Shown here piece after piece: positions 55,201-64,000 of a DNA stretch of 64,000 bases. A program made the translations under genes and the position numbers. Origin of the DNA: Phoronis australis (Eukaryota > Animalia > Phoronida). The notes beneath the pieces are model-generated. The model made no database searches and was not told the origin of the DNA. It was given only the letters and a program-made list of their open reading frames with translations. The stretch lies in the NCBI GenBank assembly GCA_002633005.1, contig NMRA01000018.1, forward strand, positions 118,291 to 182,290, in the 5' to 3' direction. Position 1 is the first letter of the stretch; every line of letters starts with the position of its first letter.

Positions 55201-58200
55201 AAATTTGCAAGCCAGAAGGTTAGGCATAATTAAATGTCACTTTAAGTTTTGAAGGGCTTACAAAGTTCAAATTGTGGATAATTATCTACGGTTACTGAAT
55301 CTGGGCAAACCTTAAATAAACCCCAAAATAGGTAAGCGAAAACGCATAAAATTATAACATTTTTTCAAATTAAGAAATTGTAGTCTGTCGATTGCAGAGT
55401 CTTGAGAGGGATTTGTTTAAATAAAATCCTACATGTTACTACAGTCAAGTTAGCATCCACGACACTAATGAAGTTCATAGTAACTAAGAACATCACTACA
55501 TTATGTAATGAACAAATTCATTGCAAAAACATTTTAAAGCGTTTTTGTGACGATTCTCCATAAAAATTTCAACGACATAAATCAATACAGTTGCTTTACA
55601 TGATTTATCAACCAATGACAAAAAAACAAAAATTATACACAAATTTCAACGAACTATAATTTTTTCATACCTGCTGTTCTCGCTCATGCTCCAACTTGAT
55701 ACGCGACTCGATGCAGTTCCGTGTGTCTAAGAACGTCCGCCTGTGGGCGATATCTGTCAAATACTTGTGGTAGGCACCCACCAAGTTAGCGCACAAATAG
55801 ATGATGCCATTTGCAGCAAGCTACAACCAGAGACACACAAGTTTTAAGAAAGGTATAATAATAACAATAACAATAATATTAATCATGATAATAATAAGAT
55901 GAAAAACAGAATAGCAATAATGTTAATAATAATAGCTGGAATAAACACAATACTAATACAGTAAAAACTCTTCAGACTGGGACAATGAAAAATAATTTGA
56001 TTTGTTCCAGGTTGGAGCTTGTACCGAATTTCAGAAGTCAATACTAGACGTGTCAAATCCAACAATTAGAATTAATGACAAACAATCATTCAACTCAATG
56101 TCACACACTACGGAAACACATGAAAATGTTGCATTGGCGACTATTTTCAACAGTTTCATGAACTGCCACACCTATTTTCAGACTCTTTTGATACCAAAAG
56201 GCAGCATTCGATAATTTTCAAATAAAATGAATGCCAATGTTGCTTGTGTCCCAATATCATTCACGATTAAGAAATTCAATTACTGCTTAAATTTCAAGGT
56301 CCCAACCCAAATTTTAGTGCCAAACTAGAGAACTTTTAATGTATACTTTGTTTACAAAGGATACATCAAAAACACAAATAATGTCACCCAAAGGTGCATC
56401 GCATAGATTTCTTGAGTTTAGAAAAAGTTAAGACATATAAATTAATTCAAATGAAGCAAGTAAAATGAGTGTATAAAATTAAAATTTTAAAAACACTGTC
56501 TATAATTAACAAAAATTTCTGAAATCCATTTATGATAATTACCAATTTTGTATTCAAAGATTTATAGTTATCTTGGTTAATAAAGCCTTCATAGCTTTTA
56601 TTTGGATAAAAATGTCATTTAGCCAATGTAACTTTTTAGTAAAAAAGATATGAAAATAAAAAAGTTGCAATACAAGTTGTCTGATAACCATGATAATCCA
56701 AAACCAGTTTTCAAAATGAAGCCCATCTCTAACCGGCTCAATTCAACCAACTTTGTAACTAACTACACAATACGTTGTAAAATGATGGACATTTTGCACT
56801 TTTCAAAGCAGATTTAAGTACAAATCAATCTCTATTTCACACACACTGTATATACTGGGATGGATCGTTTATACATTAAAGTTTACAGATTCAGCCTGTG
56901 TCCACGCCATGTGAAATGGAGATTGTAATCCAAGTGAAAAGATGACCTTTAGCAGCTGGTTAAGTCTAATTAAAAGTCTTGATTTCACACTTTACCACAT
57001 GCTGTTGGAAGCAGAGTTGTAGTATTAATTACTAAGATGCTGGAACCCCTACGCACAATCACGGTTATACAGACAAGTCATTCAAAAATAGCAGACATTT
57101 TGGGCAAATACACCTCACAATGGCATACAATACACAATCTCCAATAGCTAGCTTACTGCATCCAACAACATACAGCGCAGTCACATAATGTTGCATTTAC
57201 ACGGCACTAAAGGACAATGAACAACTGACACAGAACTACAAAATGATCATGGAGCGCAAGTATGTGTTTAACGGAACAAAATGACACCACAGTGACAAGT
57301 TTTGTCACCCGTTTCTGAGCTAGGGTAAATTGAACCAGATCATTTTGTTACATATCAACTTTAGATCAAACCACAAACCAGTGGCAATGCGAAAGGGGTA
57401 ATTTTAATTGAACTTGTATAATCGCATACATGTGAGTGATTATTCTTGACAAATATTCACAATCTGTCACTCGTTTTTGTGATATGGTAAATTGCGAAAG
57501 TTACTTCGTCTGCTGTTTTCATGTCGTGACGCTATAAATGCACACAACAGTTGAAATTCTACATGGTTTTAGGCATTCGCCATTGTTGACACGAGCGTGT
57601 ACAGATTGGCTTCCCGTTACTGACTTCCCTGCTGATCCAGATTCTGACAGTGTCATATGTAGCACTGATCAACTCATGCCACGACAACTTCTATGCCAAG
57701 CATTAGTTGTATAAAAGCCACTTTAGTTAACTTTAACTGCCCTAACCAAAATATTTAAGGTTACCAGTCACTCTTAGAAAAATGTCCAAATTTAAACTTC
57801 CTTTCGAATGTCATATCTCAGAAATGGCTGACCTGATGCATACCAAACTTTCACATACTACGCTCGATACACTGTTCTGCAAAACCTTGAATGGAATTGT
57901 TTATAAAATTTCCACTTTTGCACACGGCGCTATCAAAATAAGAGAATTTAAGTGATTTTTATGAAAAAACTCAAAAAGTTGCATAAAACGAAACAATATT
58001 TTAGGAAACCATTCAGCTTTTTTTAAATTCTTCTCGATAATTCAAGTAAGTGTACATTGGGTCGTGTTCATGAAACCAGAGTTTTGCTATGAATGCACCT
58101 GCCTTCTTTAATTGCTATGAATGCACCTGCCTTCTTTAATTGCTAAATTTTAGTGAAATGACATCACATTACCCAGTTAATGACAGAATTGTGAAAAGTA

Positions 58201-60896
58201 AAAAAAGCCGAGAGACAGACAATCGACATTCGGAAATATTTAGAGAGCTAATTTCTAGAGTTTTCTAGTTGGTAAATAAATTCACACGCAACCTTACAGC
58301 ACCAAAACTAATTACTTGAGGTTCAACTCAGCTTTTAATCAACAGTGACAACTGTAACTTCTTAGCAATGCGAGATCAAAAACAGGGAAGGCCAACAGCC
58401 CAAACTGAGAAAAAGAATTCGGTTAAAATCGCCGTTTAACAAGCACACATCAAACGATGCTAATCTTTCCAAATACACCTNGTCACAACCCGCCGTACGT
58501 GCAAGTGCGTGCTGTCTACGTGTAAAAACGTGGGGGAAATTTGGCGATCCGTACGTGGCAAGTACGGCCTCCGTGCGTTTTGGTGAATACGCAGGAGAAC
58601 GCAGACACGACGTAGCACTTTTAGTGCATGCAGAACTTTCTCTGCGTGCAAGCTGCGTTCGCATTACAGATTCACGGCAGTACGTGTGACGTGCGTTGAC
58701 GTACGTCCTCCCTGCGCTTGCCACTCCCTACTCACGTTTTCAGAAAAACGTGGTGCCCGTGGCGTCCGCAGAAAACGTACGAACAATAAACACGCACGGC
58801 GGGTTGTGACCATAGCTTTAGTTAACTTTAACTGCCCTAACCAAAAGGAGCATGCTGATTCACGCATTTATTGAATTTAAGGTTACCAGTCACTCTTAGA
58901 AAAATGTCCAAATTTAAGCTTCCTTTAGAATGTCATATCTCAGAAATGGCTGACCTGATGCATACCAAACTTTCACATACTATGCTCAATACACTGTTCT
59001 GCAAAACCTTGTATGGAATTGTTTATAAAATTTCCACTTTTGCACAAGGCGCTATCAAAATAAGAGAATTTAAGTAATTTTTATGAAAAAACTCAAAAAG
59101 TTGCATAAAACGAAGAATATAAATCGGTAAATAAAACAACAAGAATGGATCAACTGAAATTTGAAATTTTCGGATGTATCAACTTCCTTTATCAACAACA
59201 AAAGCTTAAATTTGGACATTTTCTGTTTTTGTTGATAAAGGAAGTTGATACATCCGAAAATTTCAAATTTCAGTTGATCCATTCTTGTTGTTTTATTTAC
59301 CGATTTATATTCTTCATTTCTTGAAACAATAGTATCCTTGGGAGGATCTGGATCGCCTTATTTAGTTTCAGATATATATTTTCTACATAAAACGAAACAA
59401 TATTTTAGGAAACCATTCAGCGTTTTTTTTTAAATTTCTTCTCGATAATTCAAGTAAGTGTACATCGGGTCGTGTTCATGAAACCAGAGTTTTGCTATGA
59501 ATGCACCTGCCTTCTTTAATTGCTATGAATGCACCTGCCTTCTTTAACTGCTAAATTTTACTGAAATGACATCATATTACCCAGTTAATGACAGAATTGT
59601 GAAAAGTAAAAAAAAGCCGAGAGACAGACAATCGACATTCGGAAATATTTACAGAGCTAATTTCTAGAGTTTTCTAGTTATGGTAAATAAATTCACACGT
59701 AACCTTACAGCACCAAAACTAATTACTAGAGGTTCGACTTAGCTTTTAATCAACAGTGACAACTGTAACTTCTTAGCAATGCGAGATCAAAAACAGGGAA
59801 GGCCAACAGCCCAAACTGTGAAAAAGAATTCGGTTAAAATCGCCGTTTAACAAGCACACATCAAACGATGCTAATCTTTCCAAATACACCTCAGACGAAG
59901 GTCTCACTTAGTCCAACCTGAGAGCGTTTATTCAAGAAGCAACAATAATAGGCTGTCTACTTTCATATTTCACTTACAAATAGGTGATTTTATAGTTTTG
60001 TAGATATTTGACAACAGGAAGACTTGACACTATGCTGCTGAATAACTTTAAAGATGCTACAAAACATGTTCTGGTGTTAAAAACAACTTTTTTCAGAAAT
60101 CTGTTTAAAAAATTGCCCGAAATTCCCGACAGACACTGCCATGGGGACTGAAACCAAGTGCAACTGTAACTTAATGGGCACAGTCTGAAGCAATAATGGG
60201 ATATCAGTTCTTTAGACTATAAATCATCTCCAATTTAAGTAAAGAAAAAGGCGAGACTGATTTTATAACAGAATATAAATAGAAAAATATTTTTTGACAG
60301 AAGGCACGAATTTATTGTTCTTTTATGTGCAAAAATGATTACCACAAATTCTTCAATTAAGGCCAAAATTGTCACAAAAGAGGAACTTTACAGGCAAGTC
60401 AAATATCTAAAGTAGAAATTTAAACTGAACTGAACAGATATATACAGCAAAGCAGCCATTGGATACCAGATAAATTTTTCCACTTTGACAACTGCTTTTA
60501 TCCAAAACTATAGACTTTTACCATATCTACTGTAACTACCTGGTAGCCGATATGGTCTGTATTCATGTTACTATGCAGGCCGCCCACAATCAACTGTGAG
60601 ACTGCTGTTAGGATACCCAGTACTAATGCACCAATCTGAGGCAGGGGCATCATCATATGCAGGACCAGGATGACGTAGTATGTGATGGCCACCATGTCCA
60701 TTGGGGTCCTGATGGGGGCAAAGATGAAGTAAAGGTGAGAGCCAGTTAGAATGACCACCCACAGGACAGCGGTCACTAGGGTGGTGACCCGCCGGAACAA
60801 TGGCTCTATACAGATGAGGACGAGCATGACGATGGAGAGACTGGTGCTGACCGTTGACACCACCAACTGTTCCACAGCAAGGTCTTTGTTGAGGCT
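25022..60896 (-). CDS. ADCY2: Transmembrane adenylyl cyclase, ADCY2/4/7 (group II)-like, 5'-partial; 21 in-phase exons (~1009 aa) plus one alternative exon
   Basis: C1a motifs [38 protein letters not shown]; group II signature [20 protein letters not shown]; C2a motifs [47 protein letters not shown]. Catalytic Asp/Lys/Asn/Arg residues intact; all introns GT-AG and in phase. The symbol denotes the ADCY2-like subfamily, not proven 1:1 orthology. Confidence 0.93.
26016..26242. mobile_element. hAT-like MITE copy
   Basis: CAGGGCTTGGAATGACCAATGACAAAA..., near-identical start to the 12168 copy. Confidence 0.7.
26275..26399 (-). CDS. ADCY2: AC exon, C2a
   Basis: [42 protein letters not shown]. Confidence 0.97.
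26989..27103 (-). CDS. ADCY2: AC exon, C2a
   Basis: [38 protein letters not shown]. Confidence 0.95.
27915..28016 (-). CDS. ADCY2: AC exon, C2a
   Basis: [34 protein letters not shown]. Confidence 0.97.
28382..28528 (-). CDS. ADCY2: AC exon, C2a
   Basis: [24 protein letters not shown]...[17 protein letters not shown]. Confidence 0.97.
29513..29567 (-). pseudogene. Degenerate partial duplicate of the adjacent AC exon
   Basis: [17 protein letters not shown], a copy of ~29631-29685 with GAG->TAG at 29523-29525. Confidence 0.85.
29596..29769 (-). CDS. ADCY2: AC exon, second helical domain
   Basis: [46 protein letters not shown]. Confidence 0.96.
30569..30650 (-). CDS. ADCY2: AC exon, TM12
   Basis: [27 protein letters not shown]. 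Confidence 0.9.
32103..32275 (-). CDS. ADCY2: AC exon, M2
   Basis: [28 protein letters not shown]...VYDLSTYQG. Confidence 0.93.
33194..33280 (-). CDS. ADCY2: AC exon, extracellular loop
   Basis: [29 protein letters not shown] (Cys pair, N-glycosylation sequon NAS). Confidence 0.82.
36190..36339 (-). CDS. ADCY2: AC exon, M2
   Basis: [12 protein letters not shown]...[20 protein letters not shown]. Confidence 0.83.
36987..37071 (-). CDS. ADCY2: AC exon, M2
   Basis: [28 protein letters not shown]. Confidence 0.85.
37474..37641 (-). CDS. ADCY2: AC exon, C1b/TM7
   Basis: [18 protein letters not shown]...[24 protein letters not shown]. Confidence 0.93.
37759..37925. mobile_element. Palindromic (foldback) MITE-like element in an AC intron
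   Basis: AGCATCTTTTTGTGTTCATTCACTTCC ... GGAAGTGAATGAACACAAAAAGATGCT; inner arms also complementary (aatgaacgaagtc/gacttcgttcatt). Confidence 0.8.
38040..38095 (-). CDS. ADCY2: AC exon, C1b
   Basis: [18 protein letters not shown]; phase 0-2 links the flanking exons. Confidence 0.8.
38657..38818 (-). CDS. ADCY2: AC exon, C1b
   Basis: VQNDEAVC...[35 protein letters not shown]. Confidence 0.93.
39466..39595 (-). CDS. ADCY2: AC exon, end of C1a
   Basis: [43 protein letters not shown]. Confidence 0.95.
41335..41989. other. Assembly gap (N run)
   Basis: Run of Ns. Confidence 1.
42601..42759 (-). CDS. ADCY2: AC exon, C1a
   Basis: [52 protein letters not shown]. Confidence 0.97.
43239..43366 (-). 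CDS. ADCY2: AC exon, C1a
   Basis: [42 protein letters not shown]. Confidence 0.97.
44080..44191 (-). CDS. ADCY2: AC exon, C1a
   Basis: [38 protein letters not shown]. Confidence 0.97.
44424..44495 (-). repeat. Degenerate tRNA-derived (SINE head-like) sequence
   Basis: Minus strand has an A-box-like TGGCCTAGAGG and a B-box/T-arm-like GTGGATTCAAGTCCCAC; the acceptor stem does not pair. Confidence 0.4.
46194..46357 (-). CDS. ADCY2: AC exon B (canonical helical domain/C1a entry)
   Basis: [17 protein letters not shown]...[15 protein letters not shown]|gtaca; phase 0-2. Confidence 0.94.
50776..50912 (-). CDS. ADCY2: AC alternative exon A (divergent homolog of 46194-46357)
   Basis: ttgttttag|[47 protein letters not shown]|gtttg; phase 0-2, open. 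Confidence 0.75.
50988..52201 (-). mobile_element. DINE-1/HINE-like element, fuller copy
   Basis: Minus strand: TTTTTATGCGCC, hairpin CCACATAT-TT-ATATGTGG, (TGTC/CGTC)-type microsatellite, tandem subrepeats, end GCTCATGTT. Homologous to 4835-6055, with fragments at ~1-160, ~27700-27880 and ~49140-49580. Confidence 0.72.
54159..54209. repeat. Short tandem repeat (GTTCAATAAA)-like
   Basis: Directly visible. Confidence 0.8.
55671..55820 (-). CDS. ADCY2: AC exon, TM6 and helical domain
   Basis: [50 protein letters not shown]. Confidence 0.95.
58482..58817. mobile_element. PIF/Harbinger-like MITE
   Basis: TIR GTCACAACCCGCCGTACGTG / CACGCACGGCGGGTTGTGAC, followed by TTA. The empty site (CT-TTA-GTTAAC) is visible in the other copy at 57721. 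The left end is truncated by N. Confidence 0.7.
59112..59315. repeat. Long near-perfect inverted repeat (~90-bp arms) inside a 282-bp insertion
   Basis: GAAGAATATAAATCGGTAAATAAAAC... / ...GTTTTATTTACCGATTTATATTCTTC; the insertion is flanked by CATAAAACGAA at 59104-59114 and 59386-59396. Confidence 0.9.
60540..60896 (-). CDS. ADCY2: AC exon, M1 transmembrane region
   Basis: [13 protein letters not shown]...[14 protein letters not shown]...HIGYQ; phase 0-0. Confidence 0.9.
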
Positions 60897-63800
60897 CTGC
60901 AAACATAAGTAAATCAGAATGATTACACAGTCAATGAGCACATAACAGGGAGGCTCAGATATCACCACCAACTGTTCTAGCTAAGTGACTTACAGGGGTC
61001 CCACATTTTGAGAATCATTTTTCTCCATTTTGAGAATCATTTTTCTCCATTGAATAACTTGAATCAAACCACCTCTCAAGATGCGGGAACGCTGTGACTC
61101 TTTCCTATTCTACCACAAGGTCTCCGCTGTGGATGAAAAATGGCTCATTTTATGCAGATGAGATTACCCAGTAAGATTAGTGTTATATGTACCAATAATG
61201 ACAAATGACCAAACCAACAGTTACATGGCAAAGGCTTTGCCAAGGCTCTGAAATACAACAAACTATAAATGAGGATGAGACAGGTGTTAGCTATTGGCAT
61301 CTCCACTGTGAGGTCTCAATATTGTACGGTAAAAACAGTGGTACTCAGGTGAGGATGGGACTAGTGTTGGATATTGGCACCACCAACATTTCCAGTGCAC
61401 AGTCTCAATTGCGACCACAGCGGTCCTACAGGATGAGAGGGGTGTTGGCTAATGGTACCATCAACGAATCCGCAAGGTATCAATTGTGACTTTTAAAAAA
61501 CATGGTTTTATGGAGTTGAGGAATGAACTGTTACTATAGCTATCGGTACTACTAACTATTACATGACAGTCCCTGAAGGCACTAAAACAGTGGTTGTATA
61601 AAGGTGAGAACGAGATAGAAGCAACTCTTGGCACCTTCAGTAGCTTCACGGCAAGGTTTCTGAGTTGCGGCTCTAAGAAAAAACACGGACACTATAAAAA
61701 CGAGGACAAAATGTTGATATCTGTTAAGCTTGAGAGACTGGTGCCGATTATTGTGAGACTGATTTTTTATTTTGATGTGAGTTTTTCATTTTGTTGGCTA
61801 CTCATGTGAGATCATGTTGCTATCCCCTACCGAAGCGCGACATTTGTTTTTCGACCACGAAAGCCATCATGTTTTTGGACTAGTTCATAGCAGGTGTGAC
61901 TGCTCAGACACCGACATAACAAGCATTACCGATCGAAATGTTGGTAGTCGTTAGACCTTTATGAACTGGTCCCGCCTCTTTAAATAACCACTTGGCCATT
62001 CATGTTGAGGACACTACTAGAATCAGACGAAATTTTTGACTGGCGATGTTTTTCATATCAGGGGACAACTGGGGACCATCTGATGCGAAGTTTTGCATTA
62101 GGTTGTGCAGCCTGTGGTTGGATCTCAGTGACATTTCCGTTATTGGTTGTTTAGTCATGTTTTATGGTATGAAAAAATAGTTATTTGACAGTCATTTTTA
62201 TGACATCAAAAGCATACACTAACAGCAAGGCCTCCCCGTCCCCCCCCCCCCCCCCCCCNTTCACAGTACATTTTTCCAGTAACATTTTGTGATAAAACCT
62301 GATTTTGCAACATGTGGCCAATCCAACAGCAGAAAGAGGACTTGACAGCAGAAAGAGGCTTGAGTAGCACAGAGTGTCACAGTGCATATTTGTATGTAGA
62401 GGAATGCATATTAAGTACGCAGGAAAATGTGTATGTTTTACACGTGAACACAACTGTAAAAGTACGCTGTTAGTGAGGAGTTACTCCAGTTCAGCGAGAG
62501 TGGTGACCAAAGAAACCGTGACCTTGACAGCCAATTTGGAAGCCACATTCCACCTTCAAACCACTATTTTCAAGACCATAGGAAGATAATGATTATTTCA
62601 TTATGGAGGCATAAATAATTTGACAACTGTGCCTGTGATTCACCACAGTTATGAGTCTGGCAACTTCCCTCTGATGGCCATTTACAAATTGTTTTTAAAA
62701 AGACAAATAATAGCCTGGCCATGCCATCTTAACTGCAGTCTATAATACGAGTAACAGATCCTTTCAATGGTGAAAATATCATTAAGCGTTATACAGTTGG
62801 CAACTTCCGATTTCTGAAGTCTAATTTGAAACTTGCTTTCTGTTGTATTAAATGATGAATTACTAAGCCGACAAGATCAGACAATATAGTACGAGTTTGT
62901 CGAGACAATTTTACACCATGAATGATAGATTTATTCAGTAATCATGCACGTTATATGAAATTGGGAATATCAGACAAATTGCAGGGCAGAACTTCCTGCC
63001 CATTATTTTGATATAATTCAAAAACGGTTCGTCGGACAGACTTCAATCGTGCGCAAATTAATGCGAAACGATTTGTGATAGAAGTGTCCAACATTCAGTT
63101 TACCGTTCCATCAAAACTGGACAAGCAATCATTAGGTTCAAAATAATTATCATTAACCAGATTACTCTCACACAATCTGCACAGTTTGAATGTGACAACT
63201 CTCCCTCGAGATGACAATTATACACCCAACTTAACAGGCCAGAATGGGTAATTAAACGCATAGGAAAGACAAAATTAACAAATGCCCACGGGATCACTCC
63301 ACTGAGATTGATTCCCAGTATAGAACAAGAGAGAAGAAATTGTTATTTTTCTGTAATTACCGTCCTTGTCGTATTAAAAGAGCATTCACAACACATACTA
63401 CAATGCTATGTTCAGGCACATTGAGATTATCTAAACAAGCATTGACCTATGTGACATGACCAATGAGCGATAACCTCAGGTCATGCAGGAGATCTAAACG
63501 CTCCCTAGAACCACATATGGAGTAAGAAGAGAAAAGATACATCCACTCTGAAATACACCCACCCTATCCTACACCAAAACTTCCTTCTTTGAAACACTCT
63601 TGGGTTGCCAACTAATTAAAATCATCACTTGATACGAAATGACCAGTCTCGGCTCGCAATGGCAACTGAAGTTAATACAGCCGCACTAAACAATTCATTG
63701 GGTTACAGAGTCTAGAACATAAACATTCTTAACCATAAAAAACAAAACACCTGAATTAGTTTTTCAAACATTTATTTCGTCAAACAACTCATTAATTGCT

Positions 63801-64000
63801 CTCTGAACTCAGAACTTTACAGCTAATACGCACATAGTTCTACTGCTATCACGGGACCACTGTGCCATAAATTTAATCCTTACGGTGTAACATCTGCAAC
63901 ACGATTGCACGCGCGCACTTCACCACGTGAGAATAGTGGAGCACTGTATGGTCATTTGTCGACTGCACACTACAGTCACCGGAATCAGCTCTAACAAGAC

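Larger units (their letters stand above)
57721..59891. repeat. Near-identical direct duplication (57721-58480 vs 58816-59891) separated by a single N; probably two haplotypes
   Basis: Both copies run from CTTTAGTTAACTTTAAC to CAAATACACCT and differ by SNPs and insertions; the junction at 58481 is N. Confidence 0.85.

Overview
This is AT-rich, intron-rich eukaryotic DNA, most likely from a bilaterian invertebrate (inference). Four genes were spliced by hand from GT-AG sites with consistent reading phases. (1) The 3' end of a C2H2 zinc-finger gene (+, 830-3554). (2) A canonical mitochondrial glycine-cleavage H-protein gene, GCSH (-, 8243-12813). (3) An intact tandem GCSH paralog (-, 16348-20170) whose lipoyl-lysine turn ESVKAAS has become ESALGAS and which appears to lack a mitochondrial transit peptide. 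(4) Most of a 12-TM adenylyl cyclase of the ADCY2/4/7 group (-, 25022-60896, 5' end not found), with two homologous, phase-identical, apparently mutually exclusive exons for the helical-domain/C1a entry. The non-coding DNA holds several MITE families, a DINE-1/HINE-like element carrying arrays of CTCF-consensus motifs, minisatellites, an assembly gap and a probable haplotype duplication with a complex templated insertion. All gene models come from manual reading, with no database or expression evidence.
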